From an uncultured Alphaproteobacteria bacterium (lineage in GTDB: Bacteria; Pseudomonadota; Alphaproteobacteria; Rhizobiales; Xanthobacteraceae): a stretch of 64,000 nucleotides of DNA. The stretch covers positions 8,035 to 72,034 of the forward strand of contig CAVTCV010000023.1 of the NCBI GenBank assembly GCA_963733315.1, written 5' to 3'. The position numbers were made by a program, and so were the translations under genes. The first letter of the stretch is position 1, and each line of letters starts with the position of its first letter. This document shows, one piece after another, positions 10,676 to 18,868 of the stretch. The notes beneath the pieces were generated by a model that worked only from the letters and a program-made list of their open reading frames with translations, searched no databases and was not told the origin of the DNA.

Positions 10676-10941
10676 AAGCAAATGACTGACAGAAAATCGC
10701 AAGATAAACTAGCCGTGCGAGCTAGAAATAATCTCAACCTCGGAAAGAAAAAACTATCAACTTGTCCGAGCGTCGATGATGCCCGCAGGCCTGCCAAAAC
10801 GTCGGCTCAGACAGGCTAGTCGCCAAAAAAATTCGAGCGCCAGGCAAGCCAGACCACAAAAAGCAGCGACAAAATTAATGAGACGGCAATTCCGTGTAAG
10901 AAAACGGCCAACATTTGATTTAGACCCTAATCAAAAGCGAT

Positions 10942-11310
10942 CTAACCGACCGCCCGTTCAATTGCATCAATCAGCATTTTTGCCGGAAATGGCTTATGTA
11001 AAAACGCAATGCCGCGTGCATCAGCTGCTTGCCTGCGGATCACATCGTTGTTGAGCCCAGTCATAAAAATGATTGGGAATTTGAACCCGTCCGTCGCTAA
11101 TTGACGTGCCAACTCTATCCCAGAGATATCGCCCAGCTGGATATCGACCAAAAGACAAGTCGCCTTGCTTGTCGAAGCACAAACAAGAAATGTCTCTGCA
11201 GAATCGAAGGCTTCCACGCCATATCCGAATGCCGACACCAGTCTCACCATCTCATTACGTATTTCAGGGTCATCATCAACGATTCCCACAATCGTCTTCT
11301 CGTTCGACAT
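10942..11310 (-). CDS. Single-domain response regulator
   Basis: IVDDD, LLVDIQL phosphoacceptor, FMTG, FLHKPF. Confidence 0.9.
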   Translation of the reverse strand: MSNEKTIVGIVDDDPEIRNEMVRLVSAFGYGVEAFDSAETFLVCASTSKATCLLVDIQLGDISGIELARQLATDGFKFPIIFMTGLNNDVIRRQAADARGIAFLHKPFPAKMLIDAIERAVG

Positions 11311-11649
11311 CAGGGCCTTCCCAATCTACTTGCAGGCACACGGGTTTTTCGTTCCGACGCTGAACTCGGAACGATTTGCCGTCCGGGTGTGAGGTTTTCT
11401 GCGCGCTTATTTGCCGGCAGAAACGGCTTAATATGCGCGATTTTCCGTCGGCGTCTTGTTATTATCTGCCAAAGTTTTGTCTGCGCGTGCCAGATGTGCA
11501 ATTTAGTGTGATATCAAACCATTTCGGTCACTGCAGCGTTCCATTTGTTCATACCGGCCATCGCTCGGCGCTTTTGCAAATCTTTTTATTGGCAATTCAT
11601 TTGTTTTTATGTAGTACGCGCCTTCATATCAAAAACGAAGGATTGTTAG

Positions 11650-11835
11650 ATGGCAAAGACTGTAAAGAAGGCTACGAAGCGCGCACGGTGGACCAAAGGC
11701 GACTATCGCACGCTGAAAGCGCACTCAAAGGCAAAGACGCCAGTTGTGAAAATTTCGAAGGAGATGAAGCGCACCATTGGTGCTCTGCGCCAGCAAGCAA
11801 ACAAGCTTGGCATTGGCCTCGGCCATCAGCGCTAG
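11650..11835 (+). CDS. Small basic HTH-like protein
   Basis: 61 aa, WTK...ISKEMKRTIGALRQQANKLGI pattern; AAGGA RBS; followed by a terminator. Confidence 0.7.
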   Translation: MAKTVKKATKRARWTKGDYRTLKAHSKAKTPVVKISKEMKRTIGALRQQANKLGIGLGHQR

Positions 11836-11860
11836 TATAAGCACCCGATCTGGTTTCGGA

Positions 11861-11889
11861 GAGGCCGCCGCGAGGCGGTCTTTCTTTTT
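11861..11889 (+). terminator. Rho-independent terminator
   Basis: GAGGCCGCC-gcga-GGCGGTCTT followed by TCTTTTT. Confidence 0.75.
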
Positions 11890-11982
11890 ACGCCGATTAT
11901 GTTGCAGCGCATGAGTCCGTTGTTGGCACTTCGCGTCCGTCGCCGTGCCGCACCATTTACGACGCTATTGGACAACAACGGA

Positions 11983-13895
11983 GTGCGCCGGGAGACCGGC
12001 AAGGAGTAGATGGTGCAAGTCCATCACGATGAAGGAGTAGCGAACCGCATCGACCCCGAGTCATGCGCGGCTGCCCGCGAGGGCATCAGCGAAGCGTTGA
12101 CAGGGGAGCGCATAGGCCAGCCATTGAGCCGCGAAAGTAGTCTCATCCTCGGGCGCTGACGTTGTTCCGTTAACGGAAGGCAACACGGATGGGCGCGATA
12201 TCGCGAGCGCCCAGACGGCCCGGCGTGGTCGAAGACACTGGCATGTGCGGAAGTTCCTTGCGCGGGAACCGGGAGACCCCACGTCCGACCATAGGCATGT
12301 TGCCGATCTGGTCCGCATCGGGAAGGCGAGGAGCCGTAGCCGATGATGCACGGGCATGGGGAGTCAGACTTCGCCATAGTAGCTGGGAAGCCGACGAACA
12401 AGGCGGAGCGATCCGCTGCGGAGCCGGTGGAGCCAAGGGCGGAGACCAAGGGAAATGCGAGCCAGCAAAGCACGCGCCGGGCACAGAGCCGGGTAAGCGT
12501 GTCACAAGCGCTGGAGCGCATACGGCAAAGAGCAAGGCAAAGGAAGAAGGAGAGGTTCACCGCGCTCCTCCACCACATCAGCATCGAGCTGCTTGACGAG
12601 GCATTCTTCGAACTTAAGGAAGATGCCGCACCGGGCGTAGATGGACTGACGTGGCGGACCTACGAAGCAGACCTTGACCGAAACCTCACTGATCTGCATG
12701 AGCGGGTTCATCGGGGAGCATACCGGGCACTACCATCACGGCGCGTCTACATAGCTAAGCCGGACGGTCGGCAGCGCCCGCTCGCAATTGCCGCCCTGGA
12801 GGACAAGATCGTCCAACGGGCGACTGTTGCGGTGCTCAACGCGATCTACGAGGAAGACTTCCTCGGATTCTCGTATGGATTCCGACCCGGGCGCGGCACG
12901 CACGATGCGCTGGATGCGCTCGTCGTCGGAATCAAGAGCACGAAGGTGAACTGGATACTGGACGCCGATATCCGATCGTTCTTCGATGAAATCAGCCAGC
13001 AATGGCTGGTCCGCTTCCTGGAACATCGGATCGGCGACCGACGCATCATCCGCCTAATCCGGAAATGGCTGAAGGCGGGCATCCTGGAAGACGGGGTCGT
13101 GACGGTTAGTGACGAAGGGGACGGGGCAGGGCGCGGTGATCTCGCCGTTGCTCGCCAACGTTTACCTGCACTACGTCCTCGACCTCTGGGCCGAACGCTG
13201 GCGACGGCGCGAGGCTAGGGGCGACATGATCATCGTGCGCTATGCCGACGACTTTATCGTCGGTTTCCAGCACGAGGCTGATGCCCGGCGCTTCCTCGAC
13301 ATGATGCGTGAGCGGTTACAAGAGTTTGCGCTGTCGCTTCATTCGGAGAAGACCCGGCTCATCGAGTTCGGACGACTTGCGGCGGAAAACCGCAAGCGGC
13401 GCGGGCTTGGCAAGCCGGAAACCTTCACCTTCCTGGGCTTTATCTTCATCTGCAGCAAAACACGCCAGGGTAAATTCCAGATCAAACGGAAGACCCGACG
13501 GGACCGCATGCGGACGAAGTTGCAAGCCATCAAACAGGAACTGCGGCGGCGTATGCATCAACCGATTCCCGAGCAGGGAAAGTGGCTGAAGCAGGTCGTC
13601 ACCGGCTACTTCAACTATCACGCGGTGCCGACAAACGGTCCGACACTGACCGCGTTCCTCTTCCACGTCACCAATCTATGGCGGCGCACGCTGCGGCGGC
13701 GGAGCCAGAAGGATTGGACGACTCGGGAGCGGGCCGCGCGGTTGGCCAACGACTGGCTCCCAAAACCGCGAATTCTTCACCCCTGGCCTGATGTGCGCTT
13801 TGCAGTCAGACACCCAAGGTGGGAGCCGCGTGCGGGAATCCCGCTTGCGTGGATCTGTGCGGGGGGCGCGAGGTAACTCGCGTCCCTACCGCGAT
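11983..13895 (+). mobile_element. Group II intron (RT-encoding, no endonuclease domain; probably bacterial class E)
   Basis: 5' GTGCG; domain V starting GAGCCGCGTGCGGGAATCCCGC at about 13823; domain VI ending CCCTACCGCGAT; clean exon rejoining. Confidence 0.93.
12343..13876 (+). CDS. ltrA: Group II intron reverse transcriptase/maturase (frameshift near 13120; true start may be GTG 12499)
   Basis: APGVDG, RPLAI, SYGFRPGR, DADIRSFFD, QGAVISPLLANVYL, RYADD, maturase X domain. Confidence 0.93.
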
Positions 13896-14052
13896 CAAAG
13901 GGCGGTCTGGACGCTGAATTGCTCGGGCGCGATTGACCCGGACATGTCATATGCGTCGATTATTATTGTTCGCTTCCGACTCGGAGTCATTGACGAAAAG
14001 GAGCGGTACACAAATACTGCCTGCTCTTCGTTTTCCGAGGTGGCGAGGCAGC

Positions 14053-14880
14053 ATGCTTATCGAGAAGTCGAAAAATCCGGTCGAATATCTGGATTTTGAG
14101 CGCGCCGGTTGGGGCGCCTACATCGGGGGCTACAACGACACATTCGGCGCGGTAACCCGGCAAACGGCGCAAGCGACACTGGACGCCGCCCAGGTTGGCA
14201 ACGGTACGCGGATGCTCGACATCTGTTGTGGGCCGGGCATGTTGTCCGAAGCCGCCGCCAAGCGCGGCGCGCACGCCACCGGCCTCGACTTTCCCGGGGT
14301 CGTCGAGCTTGCACGCAAGCTGGTCCCGGCCGCCGAATTCATGAGCGGTGATGCCCTCGACCTGCCGTTTCCCAACAATTCCTTCGACGCTGTTGTCTGC
14401 GGCTATGGCGTCATGCATTTGCCGGACCCGGAAAAAGGGATGCGGGAGATGTTGCGCGTGCTGCGCCCTGGCGGCTATGCCGCGCTCACCGTGTGGGACA
14501 ACGACCCCGCGTCCGGCCTCGGCCTCGTCTATCACGCGGTGCACGACTTCGCGAACCTGAACGTCCCCTTGCCGCACGGGCCGGGCATTTTCCAGTTCAG
14601 CTCGCTCGAGAAGATGCGAAACACCTTGACCGAAATTGGCTTCGCCAAAACCGAAGCAACGCTCTTCCCGCAATATTGGCGACTGAAGTCCGCCCAGCAA
14701 TTGCTCGACGCGGTACACGAAGGCACGGTCCGCACGCGCGCGGTGCTCGCCGCGCAAACGCCGGAAGTCATCGCGAAAATCACTGCCTATATCGAAGCGG
14801 GTATCGCCAAGGTGCGGTCGGGAGAAACCAGCTTCAATGTACCGATGCCGGCGATCATCGGCAGCGGCAACAAGCCCTAG
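14053..14880 (+). CDS. Class I SAM-dependent methyltransferase
   Basis: LDICCGPG, GDALDLPF, FDAVVCGYG, RVLRPGG. Confidence 0.88.
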   Translation: MLIEKSKNPVEYLDFERAGWGAYIGGYNDTFGAVTRQTAQATLDAAQVGNGTRMLDICCGPGMLSEAAAKRGAHATGLDFPGVVELARKLVPAAEFMSGDALDLPFPNNSFDAVVCGYGVMHLPDPEKGMREMLRVLRPGGYAALTVWDNDPASGLGLVYHAVHDFANLNVPLPHGPGIFQFSSLEKMRNTLTEIGFAKTEATLFPQYWRLKSAQQLLDAVHEGTVRTRAVLAAQTPEVIAKITAYIEAGIAKVRSGETSFNVPMPAIIGSGNKP

Positions 14881-15098
14881 CCGCGGATCCCATCTAGCAA
14901 AATTTTCGATAGTTGTCGCAGTTGAGCCGTGCTTGGCTGAAGGTTGTCACACTCTGCCATTGTCCGCTCTTGGCAAAAGATGGGGTAATCGGCCGGCAGC
15001 TTGTGGATAGCTGAAGATTTTGGGTGCTGCGCTTCAGGCTGATGGTGAAACGAGGTCCGTTGTAGCGGCCTCAAGCATCAGAAGGAGAAGCGTGAGCC

Positions 15099-16133
15099 AT
15101 GGACCATTTTGCTGGATTGGACGTATCGGTCAAGGAGACCAGCGTCTGCATTGTGGATGACACAGGCAGGATCGTGCGGGAAGTGAAGGTAGCGAGCGAA
15201 CCTGAGGCACTTCTTTCGGTGCTGAAGAACCCCGCCTACCACTTCAAGCGGATTGGATTGGAAGCCGGGCCACTGTCGCAGTGGCTTTTCAGTGCGCTGG
15301 CCGAAGCGGGCTTGCCGGTGATCTGTGTTGAAACGCGGCATATGCGGGCGGTGTTGAAGGCGCAAATCAACAAGACCGACCGTAACGATGCCCGTGGCAT
15401 GGCGCAGATGATACGGGCGGGACTTTACCGCCCGGTGCATGTGAAGACGTTACGCAGCCAGAAACTGCGGATGTTGCTGACCCATCGTAAGCTGCTGCAG
15501 TCCAAGGCCATCGCCATCGATAATGACCTGCGCGGCACCTTACGCAACTTTGGTCTCAAAGTAGGTGTGGTGGGCAAGGTAGGGTTCGAGGCCCGCATCA
15601 GGGAGCTGGTCGAGAACCTACCCGACTTGGCCGCTTTGATCGAACCACTGCTCATTGTCCGACGGACGCTTCGCGAGCAGTTCTGCATCCTGCACTGCCG
15701 CTTGCTGGCCATCGTCCGAGACGATGAGGTATGCCGGCGCTTGATGACAACTCCTGGCGTCGGCCCCGTGGTGTCGCTGACCTATCGCGCCACCGTCGAC
15801 GTGCCCGCTCGGTTCCGCAAATCCAAGTCCGTCGGGGCGGTGTTTGGGCTGACGTGTGCCAAGTATCAATCGGGCGAGGTCGATTGGAGCGGCAAAATAT
15901 CCCGCTGTGGGGATGAGATGATGCGGGTCATGCTCTACGAAGCAGCTCAGAGTATGATGCGTTCCAAGAAATGGTCATGGCTCAAGGCCTGGGCGATGCA
16001 GATCGCCAGGCGCCGCGGGATGAAAAAGGCGATCGTGGCGCTGGCGCGCCGATTGGCCGTGATCATGCACCGCATCTGGGTTGACGGCACCGAGTTCCGC
16101 TGGACCCGGGAGCAAGCCGCGGCAGCAGCATGA
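15099..16133 (+). CDS. IS110 family transposase/recombinase
   Basis: DEDD RuvC-like domain (GLDVS, GLEAG, KTDRNDA), TPGVGP, catalytic-Ser region YQSG, ALARRLA. Confidence 0.95.
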   Translation: MDHFAGLDVSVKETSVCIVDDTGRIVREVKVASEPEALLSVLKNPAYHFKRIGLEAGPLSQWLFSALAEAGLPVICVETRHMRAVLKAQINKTDRNDARGMAQMIRAGLYRPVHVKTLRSQKLRMLLTHRKLLQSKAIAIDNDLRGTLRNFGLKVGVVGKVGFEARIRELVENLPDLAALIEPLLIVRRTLREQFCILHCRLLAIVRDDEVCRRLMTTPGVGPVVSLTYRATVDVPARFRKSKSVGAVFGLTCAKYQSGEVDWSGKISRCGDEMMRVMLYEAAQSMMRSKKWSWLKAWAMQIARRRGMKKAIVALARRLAVIMHRIWVDGTEFRWTREQAAAAA

Positions 16134-16139
16134 CAACCC

Positions 16140-16400
16140 TGCAAGATCATATCCGATAGATTCGACAGGAGGACACTCGAGTTCCACCGAGCGGTGGAAA
16201 GATGTCCCTCGCGGGACGACGGATGAGGTGAGTTCGCATGTCTGCTTGGACCTGCCGGTCAACTGACGGCAAGGCCGTCCAAAAGATTGTTCCACCTCGT
16301 CCTCGGATCCCATGATGGAAGGGCCTTGGTGCCGATTCCGAAGAGAAGCGCGAGCCCGTGAGCGACATCGACACTGCAGTTGTGGATAGCCTGAAAGCGC
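16140..16400 (+). ncRNA. Putative bridge/seek RNA of the IS1111 element
   Basis: Two stem-enclosed internal loops carrying segments that match the target (ATGTCTGCT 16238-46; CAAAAG 16280-85) and the donor junction (CCCAT 16309-13; AGAGAAG 16342-48); RNA ends are approximate. Confidence 0.65.
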
Positions 16401-16492
16401 TTGACCCCGAACGGCCGATTAGAGAAGCGGACATTATTCAGGAAACGTTATATCGTAAAAACGTTTGTTCACGTTCTGGGAGCCTAGATATC

Positions 16493-17044
16493 ATGGCACG
16501 GGAGTCCTCCGATCGATCAATTCCACCGACCGGTCCGCTATTAATTCCATTCGGTGCTGGCGACAAGTTCCAGTTTGGTGGCTTTGGCACACATTGGAAG
16601 ATCAATGGCTCTCAAACCGGCGGCCGCTTCTCCGTAGTTCACCACCCAATTGCACCCCGGACGTTGGTGGCGCCTTTGCATCGCCACCACCGCGAAGATG
16701 AGCATTCTTATGTTTTGACCGGCACCCTCGGAGCCTTACTAGGCGACGACGTCGTCACAGCAGAACCCGGCACATGGGTATTTAAACCGCGAGGGCAGTG
16801 GCACACGTTTTGGAACGCGGGCGATACCCCGTGCGAAATCATCGAAGTAATTTCGCCGGCCGGTTTTGAAGATTATTTCCGCGAACTGCGCGCAATCTGG
16901 CCCGACAGAACTAAGTCCGCCTCTCTACTTCGCAAATATGAACTGGATATGGATTTCGACAGTGTCTCCGATCTGTGTGCGCGTTTTGGTTTGACTTCAA
17001 TGCGAACTGGCGGCAGCGCAGGGTCTGTATCTGCGCCGGAATGA
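16493..17044 (+). CDS. Cupin domain protein
   Basis: APLHRHHREDEHSYVLTG and PRGQWHTFWN cupin motifs. Confidence 0.88.
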   Translation: MARESSDRSIPPTGPLLIPFGAGDKFQFGGFGTHWKINGSQTGGRFSVVHHPIAPRTLVAPLHRHHREDEHSYVLTGTLGALLGDDVVTAEPGTWVFKPRGQWHTFWNAGDTPCEIIEVISPAGFEDYFRELRAIWPDRTKSASLLRKYELDMDFDSVSDLCARFGLTSMRTGGSAGSVSAPE

Positions 17045-17069
17045 ACCCTTTGCCGCTGCTTTGGTTTTG

Positions 17070-17142
17070 ATGTCTGTTCTCGGCGCTTCGCGGACAAACC
17101 AACCGCGCCGCGTTTGTCGCCTATTGAACTAACAACTGACAA
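17070..17142 (+). repeat. Inter-cassette repeat R4 (two dyad units)
   Basis: ATGTCTGTTCT-CGGCGC-TTCGCGGACAA; TTGTCGCCTAT-TGAACTA-ACAACTGACAA. Confidence 0.7.
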
Positions 17143-17177
17143 AGTCTGGCACGCGCATAGAATGGCTGATTTCGTAA

Positions 17178-17993
17178 TTAGCCTTCGATCCGCGCGAAAA
17201 TCTCTTCCACCGGCGCGGGCGGCGTCACGTTAAAGGTCTCATCGAGAACCTGGCGCAGTTCGCCGGCGCTGTCGATTGAGCGTTCCACGGCGACGTGGCC
17301 GTCGCGCGCCTCGATTATAAATCTGCGGTTTATCAATTTGTAGCGTTTGTCGCCGCTGACGCGCTCGATGATCAGCATGCTCAGAAACGGCGCGAGCGGA
17401 CTGGTGGACGTGTACCAGTTGCCAAGCTCGTGATCCGATTGAATTTGCGGCTCCAAGTTGAAAACGTATTTGACCCGCCAGCCGTCTGGCTGTCTCGCGC
17501 TCAGTGTGAAGAGGCCATCTGCTTCGGTCAGCCGGAACGTGCCCATCGCCGTTCGTTGCTCGACATCGGTCTTCAACTGCAGTGGAGCATCGAGCACGCA
17601 GGCACCAAATCCGACATCGGCGAGGTACGGCCCCTCGGGTAGATCGACCTTGAGCAACATGTGTTCGCGGGGACCGAGCGGACTGTCGGGCGGCGACATC
17701 CAACGCACGCGTGCGCCGAGCCCTGTGACCTTGAAGCCAATGGCCTCAAGCGCGGCTTTCAGCAGCACGTTCTGCTCAAAACAATATCCGCCACGTCTAC
17801 TGTCGACGAGTTTTTCCTGCACTGAGGCAAGATCGAGCTTGACCGGGCGGCGCAGCAACGGGTCGCAGCCCTCGAATGGGATCGCGTTAACGTGGGCGGC
17901 ATGAATAGCCGCGAACGTCGCGAGGTCCGGTCTGATCGTCCCGCCAATACCGATGCGCGCCAGATACTTATCCAGTCGAAATTCACTCGACAT
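17178..17993 (-). CDS. Arylamine N-acetyltransferase
   Basis: IPFE, RRGGYCFEQN (catalytic Cys), HMLL, YLADVGFG (triad His and Asp). Confidence 0.93.
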   Translation of the reverse strand: MSSEFRLDKYLARIGIGGTIRPDLATFAAIHAAHVNAIPFEGCDPLLRRPVKLDLASVQEKLVDSRRGGYCFEQNVLLKAALEAIGFKVTGLGARVRWMSPPDSPLGPREHMLLKVDLPEGPYLADVGFGACVLDAPLQLKTDVEQRTAMGTFRLTEADGLFTLSARQPDGWRVKYVFNLEPQIQSDHELGNWYTSTSPLAPFLSMLIIERVSGDKRYKLINRRFIIEARDGHVAVERSIDSAGELRQVLDETFNVTPPAPVEEIFARIEG

Positions 17994-18062
17994 GACTTGA
18001 TTTCCAACTGAGCGGTGTTCAGTAGTATGTTACCGCATAAAAGAATACGTTGGAAAGAGGGT

Positions 18063-18136
18063 CGTGTCGCGATTGGCACATCGCTGCGTTCGCTGCGCTA
18101 CAAAATCTGGGACGCTATTAGGCTAACAGCGGACAA
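18063..18136 (+). repeat. Inter-cassette repeat R5 (two dyad units)
   Basis: 57 of 64 nt identical to R2 by hand alignment, starting at TGGCAC. Confidence 0.85.
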
Positions 18137-18361
18137 ACGGGCGCTCACCAACCTCGATTAATGAGTACGCGGCCTTGAAACTCAAAACTAAAGCTATCTG
18201 TCCTCGACTTTGTCTCGACCCGGCGCATCGAAAGGTGCGACGGGCTACGAGTTCGCGAAGCAGCGGATCAAGTCAGAATGCCCAGGGCTGTTTGGCCGGA
18301 AAGTGCCGCGCTGGTAACCCTAGTTGTCAGAACGGCTATCAGTATTTTCAATAGTTTGTAT

Positions 18362-18388
18362 CAGGTTCGAATCCTGCCGCCCCGACCA
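18362..18388 (+). other. Duplicated tRNA 3' end (probable attR, tRNA-Pro-like)
   Basis: CAGGTTCGAATCCTGCCGCCCCGACCA is a T-arm, acceptor 3' strand and CCA with no 5' half; it coincides with the shift to high-GC core genes. Confidence 0.8.
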
Positions 18389-18525
18389 AATTAGCCAGCC
18401 AAGACTACGTTTCGGCTGACAAATCTCGGGCCACCTCGCGGCGCCGCTGTGACGGTGTTCTGCCACTGTATTTGCAAGCGCACGGCGTTGGCATTATACC
18501 GGCGCGGATCAAGGGGTTTCCCGCC

Positions 18526-18834
18526 ATGACAGCACGCATTTACAAGCCAGCGAAGACCGCCATGCAGTCGGGCCTCGCCAAAACCAAAGGCTGGGTGCTG
18601 GATTTCGAGCCTGAAGCGCCGCGTACAGTCGAGCCGCTGATGGGCTGGACCTCCTCGGGCGATATGCGCCAGCAGGTACGGCTGAATTTCCCCAGCAAGG
18701 AAGAGGCGATCGCTTATTGCGAGCGTCACTGCATCGCCTATCAGGTATCGGAAGAAGCGACGCCCCCAGCACGGCCGGCCATCTCCTATTCCGACAATTT
18801 CGCTTTCAAGCGCCGCGACGCCTGGACCCACTGA
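18526..18834 (+). CDS. ETC complex I subunit (NDUFS4-like)
   Basis: ARIYKPAKTAMQSG, EPLMGWTSSGD, YSDNF. Confidence 0.92.
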   Translation: MTARIYKPAKTAMQSGLAKTKGWVLDFEPEAPRTVEPLMGWTSSGDMRQQVRLNFPSKEEAIAYCERHCIAYQVSEEATPPARPAISYSDNFAFKRRDAWTH

Positions 18835-18868
18835 CCTCGATCGGCTTTGAAGCCGCCCGGCAGGGGAA

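Larger units (their letters stand above)
11913..13950 (+). repeat. Inter-cassette repeat R3, split by the group II intron (11913-11982 + 13896-13950)
   Basis: Removing the intron gives a 125-bp unit ...GACGCTATTGGACAACAACGGA|CAAAGGGCGG...GATTGACCC, colinear with R1 and R2. Confidence 0.85.
14980..16425 (+). mobile_element. IS110-family element, IS1111 type, inserted in a dyad repeat
   Basis: Sub-terminal IRs TAATCGGCCG (14986-14995) and CGGCCGATTA (16412-16421); AG core at 14978-79 and 16426-27; long 3' non-coding end; empty site TGTCCGCTCTTGGCAAAAGCGGACA. Confidence 0.88.

Noticed and set aside
12343-13876. RT as a retron, DGR or defence RT
   Set aside because: Clear group II intron RNA ends, domains V/VI and a maturase domain.
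8019-18136. Island repeats as a CRISPR array or classical attC sites
   Set aside because: Units are degenerate and separated by whole genes, no cas genes are present, and attC RYYYAAC/GTTRRRY boxes are absent.
18157-18180. TTAATGAGTACGCGGCCTTG, and GGCGGATTTTGTTGAAAAA near 7121, as isolated IS ends
   Set aside because: They resemble IS termini from memory, but no partner end or transposase is present in the window.
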